Source of the DNA: Selaginella moellendorffii
Taxonomy: Eukaryota; Plantae; Lycopodiophyta
Direction of reading: 5' to 3'
Length of the DNA: 64,000 bases
NCBI RefSeq assembly: GCF_000143415.4
Contig: NW_003314275.1
Coordinates: 1,493,955-1,557,954 of the forward strand
How positions within the stretch are numbered: position 1 is the stretch's first letter; each line of letters opens with the position of its first letter. The notes below the pieces were generated by a model. The model was not told the origin of the DNA, searched no databases, and was given only the letters and a program-made list of their open reading frames with translations. A program made the position numbers and the translations under genes. Positions 9,180 through 20,160 of the stretch are shown in pieces.

Positions 9180-12100
9180 TTAATTGAACTTTGCATAAGT
9201 ACATAGAGTTCTGCCTTGCAGAAATTCCTCCACTAGATCTCGCGCGTTCGCTAGGTTCTCCTCCGGTTCCCATGTTGCTTCGCAGTGTGGAAATCCTTTC
9301 CACTTCACATGGAACTCTCTCACCTCGCGTCCTTGTCGCTTGCTCTTGCGCGCATTGAGGATGGCCTCGACTTCGTATTCCTCTTCCCCTTGGATAACCT
9401 CAGGTAAAGGTCTTACTTGGTCTTTGCGAAGCGGATCCTCAAAGTACGGCTTGAGTAAGTTCACATGGAACACTGGGTGCATCTTCCCCATCTCTCGAGG
9501 AAGTCGGAGTCGGTAAGCCACTTTACCGATTCGTGCCTCAATCTCGTAAGGCCCCGCGAACCTGCTTAAGGAACTCAAGATCAATTCATTTACAGGAATA
9601 CATGCATTTTTACCTTTGGGTCAACTTTCGGCTGATCCCACTTGGTAGCCTAAGGTTCTTGGTGTTCAGCCACACCTTCTCCCCAGCTTGGAACTCTACG
9701 TCCCGGCGCTTTAGGTTCGCGTACTTGGTTTGCCTTTGTTGAGCCCGTTCCAAGGAATCCCTCACTAGATTCCAAATGTTGAGTCTTTCCGCCGTGAATG
9801 CCTCCACTGCGGGTAACTCTCCATGATACTCGGCCACGCCGAGTTCCACAGGACCTTCAATAGCTCGCCCATTGATGACTTCCCATGGACTCACCCCGAT
9901 GCTCGAATGTGGTGAGTTGTTATAACACATTTCCGCAAGTCCCAAATGACTTACCCAGTCGGTCTGGTCTCCCGAGACATAGCATCGCAAATAATCCTCC
10001 AGCTGCCTATTCACCCTTTCCGTTTGTCCGTCTGTCAAGAAGTGTTAGTGCCATCAATCTTGACTCAATACCCATTACCTGTCTGTGGGTGATAGGCCGT
10101 GCTGAATTTCAACTTGGTGCGATACTGTTCTAGGAGTGTCCTCCAGAACCTACTGGTGAAGATCTTATCTCGATCTGAGATAATCTCTTCCGGCCTTCCC
10201 CGCACTCGAACCACTTGTTCGAAGAACAGCTTCGCCACACCTTCCGCATCCACATCCGTTGTGGTGGGTATGAAATGTGCCATCTTTGAAAATCGGTCCA
10301 CCACCACGAATATCGCATCGAACCCCTCGCTTGGGGGTAGTCCCGTGATGAAGTCCATCGTGAGACATTTCCACGGACGATCTGGAATGGGGATGCTTTG
10401 CAACAAGCCCCCACTAGCCTTCGTCACGGCTTTAACCTGCTGACATGTTGGACATGTCTTTACATAGTCTTGGACGTCCTTAGCCATATCTGGCCAGTGA
10501 TACTTCCTTTTGAGTAAGCCCATCGTCTTGGGCACTCCGCCGTGTCCCGCGAGAGGTCCGTCATGACACTCTTCCAAGGCTACCTTCCTTAGTTCCCCTT
10601 CTGGAACATACACCCTCGTTTGCTTGTAATATATGAGTCCGTTGCGTTCCGCATAGCCCGTTTTCTCTTCCGTTGGCAGCTCACCTCTCTGGTGAGCTTC
10701 CCGCGCCTCCAGATTCCTCAGCAACACTTCTTGTGCTAGACCATCACTCTCGTATGCGGTCCGCACATCGTCCCAAAAGGTTGCTGTCGCGCTAGATATC
10801 GCCAACTTCAAACTCGCTTTTCGACTGAGCGCATCTGCCACGATGTTGCTCTTCCCAGGCTTGTACAGGATCTCGCAATCAAACTCGGCCAAAGCATTGG
10901 CCCACCGACCTTGTTTTCCCCTTAGGTCGGGCTGTGACAAGAAGTGTTTCGTTGCCACATTGTCCGTGTAAACCTTGAAGTGTCTCCCAAGGTAGTGTCG
11001 CCACTCCTTGAGCGCCTTGACCACCGCAAACAATTCCTTCTCGTGGGCAGGCCACTTCCGTTGAGCCTTGTCCAGCTTCTTCGAGAAGAACGCTATTGGA
11101 TGGTTGTCTTGCTTCAAAACTGCGCCCAACGCAAAGTCCGAAGCATCCGTGTCTACCTCAAAGTCTTTACCAAAGTCTGGTAAGGCCAACACCGGAGCCT
11201 TCCTCAACTTCCCTTTGAGGTGGACGAATGCTGCCTCGCATTCCGCTGTCCATACCATCTTCCCTTTTCCTGTTTGGTCCGTTAAGGGCAGGGCTACTCT
11301 CGAATAGTGTCTGATAAACTTTCGATAGTAGTTGCATAGCCCCAGGAACGCCCTCAACTCATGTACATTCGATGGTCGTTCCCATTCCTGGATCGCTTGG
11401 ACCTTCTCCGGGTCCACCTTGAGCCCGTCTTGGCCCACCACATGCCCGAGAAACTTTACCTCTTGTCGAGCAAAGTCACATTTGCTCTCTTTAGCATACA
11501 GTTTGTGTTCCCTTAGTTTCTCAAACACCTTCGCCAAGTGTTCGGCATGCTCCTCTAGCGTCTCGCTATAGATCAGGATGTCGTCAATATAGACGACCAC
11601 GAAGCGATCCAGATAGGGTACAAAGATGTGGTTCATCAACGCCGAAAACGTTGCCGGCGCATTGCACAGCCCAAAGGGCATCACCAAAAACTCAAAGCTC
11701 CCATACCTCGTTCGACAGGTTGTCTTCTCGACATCTTCCTCAGCTACCCTGATCTGGTAGTATCCTGACCTTAGGTCAATCCTCGAGAAGTATTTTGCTT
11801 TTCCCAACCTATCGAACAGGTCCTCGATCCTTGGCAAAGGGTACTTGTTCTTCTTGGTATACTTGTTGAGCAACCGGTAGTCTATGCACATGCGCATAGA
11901 TCCATCTTTCTTTTTCACAAATAGCACCGGCGCCCCATACGGCGACTTGCTCAACCTAACATACCCTTTGTCCACCAACTCCTCTAGTTGGCTCTTGAGC
12001 TCCTTGAGTTCTTTTTCGTTCAATCGATAGGGTGGACGAACCACCGCCTCAGCACCCTCGACCAGCTCAATCTTATGTTCTATCGGTCGTGCGGGGGGCA

Positions 12101-13952
12101 ACCCCGCCGGTAGCTCCTCCGGCATGGTATCCTGGAATTGGTCCAACACTCGCTGGATCACTAAAGGCACTTCTTCCGTTCTTGTCTTTTTGTCACTCTT
12201 CACCGAGAGTAAGCACAAAAAGGCTGCCTTAGTTCCTTTAGTGAGTTGTCCTCTCGTGGACACCAGGTTCAAGCATGACTCTTTGGCCTTGCTTTGCCCT
12301 ACCTTTAGATCCTGGGCCTCCACCCTAGATCTTCTTCCTTGGGCATTCGCCAATACCACAAGGTTCCTACCTTGTCCATGCAGGGCTACCACGAACCGAT
12401 TAAACCAATCCATTCCAAAGATCACGTCAAATCCCGCCATATCCAAGACGGTGAAATCCATGTCCACTTTCCATGTCCCCACTTCGACTCTCGCTTGTCG
12501 AAGTACCTCATCGGTGCTTTGGCTACCCTGAACAAACTCTATAGTCCTTGGTTCGCCTAGCCGCTGCACCGTTAGTCCGGCTTGCCGGACTATGTCTGCA
12601 GCCACAAAATTATCCGAAGCACCCGTGTCAATAAGGATCTTAACAAAGCTACCTCCGAGCTTCCCTCGGAGGGCTAGTAGATGTCGCGAACGACTCTCTA
12701 CCAAAGTTGCTCGTGTAATGAGTAACTTTGAGTTAGGGACTGGATCACATACCTCAGTTTGGACTTCACCCGACTTGATGGCCATATTGGCTCTGGCCTT
12801 CTTCGGGTAGGGACATTCCCTCGAGAAGTGTCCCGCTTCGCCGCAGTTGTAGCATACGTTGTTTCCCACGCTGCTATACGACTTGACCTTCTTATCCGTG
12901 GGTTTGTCCTTTTTCGCTTGACTCCCCCACGTACTCGCTCGCTGGCCACCGGATTTGCCTTTCCGGAACCCCGAGGACTCATTCTTAGAGAAACTCCTTT
13001 TGAATTTCCCCTTGCTATACGTTCCCCTTGGTTTGGCCCCTTTGCTAAATGTGGATCCCGACCCCGTCGTGTTCCCCTTTCGCAGGTTATCGTTGAAATG
13101 CACCTTGATGGCCGCATCCAACGCTTCCTTGTAGTTGGTCGGGTTCCACCTCATCACCTCGCCGCGAGCCCAGGTTTGCAAACCTGATATGAAGGCATGG
13201 AACGCATCCATATCCCCCATGTCCGTGACAAGTATCCTCTTTGCCATGAACCCATTCACATATTCCTGGATGGTTCCTGTCTGTTTCAGCCTACTCAGTT
13301 CATCCCTCAGATGCAGAGTGGCATTCGGAGGAACATATGTTGCGCGGATCCTCGCCTTCATCATGTCCCAAGTGACCACCGGTCCTTCGTTGGCCTCCGT
13401 TGTTCTCCACCAAGACTTGGCATTATCTGCCAAGTATGGTTTTGCACATGGGACCTTCTCCGAGCTTGGTAACCGCAACGCTCGGAAGTAGTCCTCCATA
13501 TCGTAAAACCAATCCTCCACCACCTTATAGTCATTCACTCCCTTGAAGACCGGTGGGGGCTTTGGTTTGTACTTGGGAACTGCCTGAGGGACTGATTCCA
13601 CTTCGGTCTGTTCGACCTTGTCTGGTTTTGCCTCAGTCCCGACCGAAAGATCCGCACCTTCTGCGCTGCCAGCATCCGCAGTCTTTTTCTTTTTCTTCCG
13701 CCTCTCGTCACGCTTTAGCTTGCGTACGAGAGTTTCCAGCAGGGCATTGGTCTGTGCCAACTGTCCTTCTAGCACGTCCAATCGAGCCTTGGACGACCGA
13801 ACCTCGCCACCGGACTCCTGTTTGGAAGTTTCCTCACTGGAGTCCTCCTCATGCAAGGATTCCTCATCCATAGCCTCTTGTTCAACCGGAGGCTCCAGCT
13901 CCGGCGGAGGTTCCGTCTCCGCCTGGGTTCGCTTACGCCCTGCCCTTGCCAT
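9180..13952 (-). CDS. gag-pol: Gag-Pol polyprotein (Gag, CCHC knuckle, protease, RT, RNase H, integrase, chromodomain); 3 exons 13952-10079, 10031-9614, 9561-9180 giving 1557 aa
   Basis: [14 protein letters not shown]; LIDTGA; YIDD; TDASD..GAVL; HHCC and D,D-35-E (MDFI, SDRD, QTER); GPY/F motif; YEVEAIL...VKWKGF...TWEPEENL. The three ORF pieces join in frame by removing two GT-AG segments. Confidence 0.92.
9562..9613 (-). other. Predicted spliceosomal intron 2 (52 bp) before the GPY/F motif
   Basis: caaag|GTAAAA...taagcAG|gttc, 17/52 G+C. Removal restores KLTQRFAGPY; contains an in-frame TAA. Confidence 0.85.
10032..10078 (-). other. Predicted spliceosomal intron 1 (47 bp) in the integrase core
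   Basis: cagacag|GTAATG...CACTAAC...ttgacAG|acgga. Removal restores the conserved HPQTDGQTER; contains an in-frame TGA. Confidence 0.85.
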
Positions 13953-13996
13953 CTCCCAGCAATCCGCCTCTATCCTTCGCTAGAACTGAGATAAAG

Positions 13997-14008
13997 GCTC
14001 CGATACCA
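13997..14008 (-). other. Primer-binding site (tRNA-iMet type, TGGTATCGGAGC) of element A
   Basis: 3 nt from the LTR; one A>G difference from canonical TGGTATCAGAGC. Confidence 0.9.
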
Positions 14009-14011
14009 AAT

Positions 14012-15159
14012 TGTAAGCCACAAATTTTTCCTTTCCAATTTGCCAGCTTACCTCGTCTATCCGTCCAACACTGCCTTGGCTTTTGCTAAGTTCCCTTGCC
14101 AAGGTTCTCGCCTATGGTACCAGCTCCTACTTGGTTTCAGCTACTCACTGCACGAGCAACGGAGAGTTAGCCATCCTTCCACGGATTCCCAAATCACTCC
14201 CAATCCCCCTCCCCGGGTTAGACTGGACTTAAGGTTCGGCTACACTCCCCGCAAGCGCAAGCAGCCAAGCACACCAAGCTTCCAGATTCCTAACATCCCT
14301 TGGTACCACAAGACTTGATCATGGGACCCTCTAAATCCCAAGTCTTGAGTGCAACACTTGCTTCGGGACGCCGGGGCGAAACACCGTGGCCTAACGGCCC
14401 GGTATGGGTACCCCTCGCCCCCCACATCCATCCCGAAGGAAGGCCCAAGCCCCTAGGAAGGGCGAGGACCAATGAGCCGCATGGTACTCAAGTGGGGCAC
14501 CACTCCACATGAGCCGGGAGCACCGCAATCGGTTTCCCTTTCGGGAGTGGGAGCTGCTCTTGAGCACTTCCTTGGATGGCCCCTCCGGCACCAGCCAAGT
14601 CCATGCTCACTCCCACCCAAGGCCCCTTGGTCCCAGTCCCAACCTCAAGTCGGTTTGGAAGCCCAACTGGAGAGTCCCTTCAAAACTAGTTCCTGGACCT
14701 CACTATCCCTACTATACTTTTGGAACCCCCCGCAGCCCCCCCCCCCTGGGGGACGCACGCTTTGGGCTTTCACCCCTTGACCCGTATTAGTATTTGGACT
14801 TAGTCTCTGGCTCGATCTCGGATCCGATTTCGGATCCGACTTCGGATTCGGTCTCGGACTCGATCGCGGACTCGATCTCGGACCCGATCTCAGGCCCGAC
14901 CTCGGACTCGACTTCGGACTCGGTCTCGGACCCAATTTCGGATCTCGGACTCCGTCTTGAACTCGGTCTCGAACTCGGACTCGAACTCGGTCCCCGAGTC
15001 GGTCTTGGACTCGATTCCGGACTCTATCTCGAACTCGGTCCTAGAGTCGGTCTTGGACTCGATCTTTGACTTGGTCCCATCCGATGAACTCTTTGTCATT
15101 TTGGTCATGCTTTCGGGGTTCCCTTAGCCTACGACACCTCGGCGAGTTGGTTCCTTACA
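14012..15159 (-). repeat. 5' LTR of element A
   Basis: Repeat of 7628-8775, adjacent to the PBS. Confidence 0.97.
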
Positions 15160-15667
15160 TTTCACCATGCACACGAAGTGCTAAAGCCAATCTGCCTATA
15201 CTGGCCCAAACTCAAAAATCAATAGATGGACAATAGTCTCTCTGTCGATGTTCCTTATTCCGTTAAAGGGGTGTGACCGTGTAAACAACTTTAACTACCT
15301 GTTTACAGTAGTCTATCTAAACCTTACCGACGGGTTTGGTTTCTTTGCTCAGGAGGGTTGGGGCCTCTGGCTTCTCTCTCTATGTCCTTGTGGGCAGGGC
15401 ATATCACACTTTTGTAAGCTGGGTGACACCCAGAGCAGCAAGGGTGGCTCACTCTATTGGTCATTTCCTTGTCGGCGACGGTCGGAAGGTGTCTAAGCTG
15501 GTAGCGCATCCACGTTAGATAAAGAGGTTGCCTCCCAACTCATTTAAGTTGGTGCATTTCTCACATAGTGTGAATACCGTGAACTTTTTCTGGAGTTGTT
15601 TCCTTGGCAGTATTCTAGACTCGAGTATGCATCGACGAGGACATTGATCTTCTCTAGGGGGGGAGAG

Positions 15668-16794
15668 TGTCACAAATGTGACTTCGGGTATCGAAAGTTA
15701 CCTATCGGCCAGTCCTTACAGACACTCTTTCCTTACTGCCACGATGGCAGGAGGTCGGTATTGCCGGTTCCCTTTATCAGCCCCTTTTGTTCAAGTGTTA
15801 GTAAACTGGACTTTGCATTTGTACTTGCCTGGACGAGCATAAGGAAGGAATTCCTAACTGTTTATTTAGCCAAGCATACTTGGCCCAGCTTGTTAGTTCT
15901 CTTTTGCTCTATCTTGCACTGGCTTGATAAGAACCCTCATGTATTAAGATTGATCCCTCAATATTGCTGGATGATAGCTTACCGTGTTTACCAAACACCT
16001 TTGCTATCATGCCCTTTATGTTAATTTCATTTCGGTCCCAAATACTATTTACAAAAAATGTTTAGATTCGCTCATTTAACACATCTACAGAATGTTGAAC
16101 ACAATGGTGTTCATCCCATATCCAAATTCGCAATCTAGCGCCATTCCATATTTAATAAGTTTCAAGCTTGTCCCAAAGACTAACTCCTGATACTAAAGGG
16201 GGCTTGGGGTGAAAGCCCAAAGCATGTATTCCTCAAAGGGGGGCGGGGGGGGGGGGGGCTCCAAATGTATAGTAAGGATAGTGGGTAGGTTGGGCATGGC
16301 TGACCAACCTAAGGCATAGTCTAACTCCTGCTTGTGTGCCTGTCCTTGTTCTGTATCCGGCTTGGGTCTAAGCCCAAGTTTCATTCCATGCTAGCTAGTG
16401 GAGTATCGATATCCTCACGTTAGGCCACTGGTATGCTGAAATAGCACTAAACTCCGTTTAGCTCCGTTTTGTATGCCGGTCCTAGCATTAGGATGTTGGA
16501 TGCTTTAGAACTTTTTCAAGTCATTCCATGCTCATGTTCCTTCGCTCCTTGGGCTATATGCTTAGGAGTCATTTTGTGCCCTAGTGCTATTGCCCCTTGG
16601 CTCCATGCTTGCAAGTTTGGCACTGTTCCTTTGTTCAATGGCCCAAGGTCCTGAAACTCGGGTTGCACACCACATTTCTTTGGACATGCGGCATATGACA
16701 CATGGCATCTACCACGTGGCACAAAGAGGGTTTAGGTTCCGCTTTGTGGTGTTAAATCACCATAGGATAAAGGGTAAAAACCACATGTGCTAGA
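15668..16794 (+). repeat. 3' LTR of element C
   Basis: tgtcacaaat...gtgctaga, preceded by the PPT and followed by TSD ctagc. Confidence 0.88.
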
Positions 16795-17530
16795 CTAGCA
16801 CAATAAGGGCTACCAAAGGGATCCAACTGTACCAACCTCCTACTGTCATGGCAGTAAGGAAAGAGTGTCTATAAAGACTGGCCGACAAATATCTTTCGAT
16901 ACCCAAAATCACATTTGCAACACTTTCCCCCCCTTAGGGAAGATCGACGTCCTCGTTGATGCATACCTGAGTCTAGCAAACCATCAAGGAAACAATTCCG
17001 AAAGTTAACAGAAAGCACACTATGTGGGAAACACACCGACTTAAATGAGTTATAGAACAACTTCTCCTCTACGTCCAAAGACATTAAGACTCAAACACCC
17101 TAGGACCGTCGCCGACAAAGAAATGACTGACGGAGTTAGCCACCCTTGTTGCTCCAAGTACCACTTGGCTTACAAAGGAATGATACATCCTTGCCCGTAG
17201 GGACATAGGGAAAGGGCCAAAGGCCCAACTTCCCCTAAGCAAGAAATCAACCTCGTCAGGAAGATTTAGACAACTATTATAAATTGGCAAATTAAGTTGT
17301 TTACACAACCACGCCCCTTTTCAAAAATGAGTCATCGAGAGAGAGGTGGGGACTTGTGATCAGTCTATAATAGTTATCCCCATGGTTATGGATTGGACCC
17401 ATGCACCGAAGTGCCGAAGTCAGCCTACCAAAACTGACTCAAGTACTAACGAACGAGAGAAACAACACTTGGATTTATAGAAATATATTACTTTATTAAT
17501 TTGCAAGATTTATTACAAGATTTACAAAAG

Positions 17531-17893
17531 TTAATCTTTATTACAATTCTCATACTCCATGACAAGCTCACAAGCATGTGTAAGATTCCTAAAACGTTCC
17601 CAAGTTGATTCACAAGTCGGGTAACCCTTCCACTTAACTAAATATTCCTTTGCATGAGCCCGTCTTTGAAACAGGGAATCCAAGATAGTTTCAACTTCAT
17701 ATTCTAGTTCACCGTCCATAATGTCTAGTGGCAGATGAATCTCCCCTTGATGTGCAACATCCATAGTGTAAGGAGCCAATAGATTGGCATGAAATACATT
17801 ATAAACATTGGACATCTCAATAGGCAAGTCCAACCGATAGGATATATCACCAATACGTTTTAACACCCGATAGGGTCCAACATATCTTGGCAA
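17531..17893 (-). pseudogene. Integrase C-terminus plus chromodomain remnant of element D
   Basis: PRYVGPY...YRLDLP...VFHANLL...YEVETIL...YLVKWKGYP...STWE; upstream pol is deleted. Confidence 0.88.
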
Positions 17894-17983
17894 GAGCTTC
17901 TAAGACAAAGAACCCTTTATCGACGTGATAAAGATCAGCATCGTCAGGATGTATCCCATCAAGTGGGAGATCAAGTGTGACTA

Positions 17984-18296
17984 TCACCAATTATAATGTT
18001 CAGCACCATAAATTCCTTTTATGTATTTGTTGAAGAAGTCCATACCAAACACTATTTGAAAATCTGAACTTTGAAACTCGTGCAACTGGGGGCGGCTGCA
18101 GAACTTCATCGTCCTCAGAACTTGAAGAGGAGTCCAGTTGCTTAGGCTTAGCTGGTTTAGTTGCTTCAGCTTCTTTCTTCCTCTTCTTGTTCTCCTTCTT
18201 GAATTTGTGAATCTCCCTTTGCAAACTCTTGATCTCAACTTCCTGAGCTGTACACTGCAATGCTGTAGCATTTGGCTCTTCTTCTTCTGACTCGGC
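17984..18296 (-). pseudogene. Gag N-terminus fused by deletion to a protease-end remnant (element D)
   Basis: Basic stretch KKENKKRKKE resembles A Gag. FQIVFGMDFFNKY matches [14 protein letters not shown]. Interrupted by B and continues at 26091-26340. Confidence 0.65.
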
Positions 18297-20160
18297 TGTA
18301 AGCGACTAAATTTTTCATTCTACTTTAGTCACTTAACCACACCTCTGACCACTTGGAGGAGTCTTATTCACAACCTCCATAAGTCCAATCCAGGACTTGG
18401 GACTTGCTAGCCCCGAGAATGGCATCCATGCCACTCAACATTTGCACTTGGTCCAAGTGCTCCACGTGTCCAATCCCATGACCGACACTCAAAGGTACCA
18501 TCGACATAGCAGCCCGTTAAGCTAAGGCCATGCCCAATCACCTTTGCCACACTAGTAGTCCAATACCACTTGCATCACCGTCTTGGCTCTCCAAGACTAG
18601 GCAAACCATCCGTGAGTGGTCATCTCAGATCCACTCCTTAGCATCCTTAAGATGCCCACCGACAAGGGGAATAGCCTTCCCCAATATCCCTCTGTTAGTC
18701 CCCACTAAGTCCCTTTCTGCCTCTGGCCGTGTTTGCCAACACTGCCACTGGATCGAGACCCACAGGCCCGACCACTAAGTCCCACGGTCCTCTGGGACTT
18801 CCTCACCACACGACTGTGTCCTTGGTCACTACCCCAGAGGACTGCTCCTCTTCCTTTCCACAGTCTGGGCCTTTGGGACAACATTTCGGAACACCGTGGC
18901 CTTACGCGAGCCACCTAGGTACTCTCCTCGCCTTCTGCCCTTGGGTGCTCTAGCCATGGGCTTAGAGCGGGTTCCGTTGAGCCACACCAGGTATCCAAGT
19001 AGGTAGTGCCACCCACACTTGGACTGGGAGCATCGGCCAGTCGATCTCCCGGGGGAACTAGAGCCGGCTCTTGAACACTTCACCAAGCTACCCCGCTTGT
19101 CGGTCTGTGTTCACTCTAGTCTTGGACTTCCCAGTGGGCAGCTCATCACCCAACACTGGGTCCGGCCTTCCTGGGCCAAACTGGCCTTTCCTGGCCAAAT
19201 TGGCTCCATTGCAGTCCTCCCCCCACTATACTTTTGGAGCTCACCAAACCCCTCAGGGTCTGGGAGACGAACGCTTTGGGCTTTCACCCTCTCAGGCTCC
19301 GGACTTGGACTTGGACTCGGACTCGGACTCGGACTCGGACTTGGACTCGGACTCGGACTCGGGCTCGGGCTCGGTCTCGGCCTCGGCCTCGGTCTCGGTC
19401 TCGGTCCCGATCTCGGTCTCGGTCTCGGTCTCGGTCTCGATCTCGGTCCCGGTCTCGGTCTCGACTTCGGACTCCATCTCGGACTCCATCTCGGACTCCA
19501 TCTCGGACTCCATCACGGACTCCATCTCGGGTCCATCTCGGGTCCATCTCGGACTCCATCTCGGACTCTATCTCGGGTCCATCTCGGACTCCATTTCGGG
19601 TCCATCTCGGGTCCACCTCAGACTCCATCTCGGACTCCATCTCGGACTCCATCTCGGGTCCATCTCGGACTCCACTTCGGACTCCAACTCGGGTCCATCT
19701 CGGGTCCACCTCGGACTCCATCTTGGACTCCATCTCGGGTCCATCTCGGACTCCACTTCGGACTCCAACTCGGGTCCATCTCGGACTCCACTTCGGACTC
19801 CATTTCGGGTCCACCTCGGACTCCATCTCGGACTCCATCTCGGACTCCATCTCGGGTCCATCTCGGACTCCACTTCGGACTCCATCTCGGGTCCACCTTG
19901 GACTCCACTTCGGGGTCCTTCTCGGACTCTTCCACGTGTCATGTGTTGGTCCTTTTGGGTCCCTTTTTTGGAGCCTCACTTATTGCTCTATTTGTGCTTG
20001 TTCCTCGAGCACTTTGTTGGGAGTTCCACTCCCGCTCTCGACCTTTCAAGGCGAAGCTTTTAGTCCAAACGTGTTACGCTTGTTTGGCTTTTCGCTTCGG
20101 CCACTACCACGTGGCACCCTTCCAGCACCACTTTGGGGCCTAGGGATTTTGTGTCTCACA
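18297..20160 (-). repeat. 3' LTR of element B (1864 bp)
   Basis: tgtaagcgac...gtgtctcaca, repeat of 24245-26090. Confidence 0.93.
19296..19930. repeat. Tandem array in the B LTR: 6-mers (tcggac, tcggtc) then 12-mers (tccatctcggac); second copy 25244-25860
   Basis: Directly visible periodicity; it generates the long low-complexity ORFs. Confidence 0.92.

Larger units (their letters stand above)
7628..15159 (-). mobile_element. Element A: full-length, very young Ty3/Gypsy chromovirus
   Basis: TSD TTTCA at 7623-7627 and 15160-15164. Two 1148-bp LTRs with TGTAAG...CTTACA termini and no difference seen by eye. PBS, PPT and a complete gag-PR-RT-RH-IN-chromodomain set. Confidence 0.97.
2509..16794 (+). 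mobile_element. Element C: non-autonomous or decayed Gypsy LTR element of the D family, inserted in opposite orientation into the D 3' LTR
   Basis: TSD CTAGC at 2504-2508 and 16795-16799. LTRs 2509-3504 and 15668-16794. PBS TGGTATCAGAG at 3507-3517, PPT agggggggagag at 15656-15667. Interior has no long ORF, only faint RT-like traces near 5750-5930. Confidence 0.88.

Noticed and set aside
9095-9215. Possible third intron after the chromodomain (AG|GCAGAA or AG|GTGAGC)
   Set aside because: The GC donor is weak, the alternative would be only about 27 nt, and no conserved protein motif is available to test it.
9562-10078. Ribosomal frameshifting or simple decay as the cause of the split integrase
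   Set aside because: The breaks are 47- and 52-bp extra segments with GT-AG ends whose exact removal restores conserved motifs. The rest of the ORF and the LTRs show no decay.
10099-13983. Antisense and alternative-frame ORFs over gag-pol
   Set aside because: Shadow ORFs of a GC-rich coding region.
19296-19930. CRISPR-like array
   Set aside because: No unique spacers and no cas genes; eukaryotic LTR tandem repeat.
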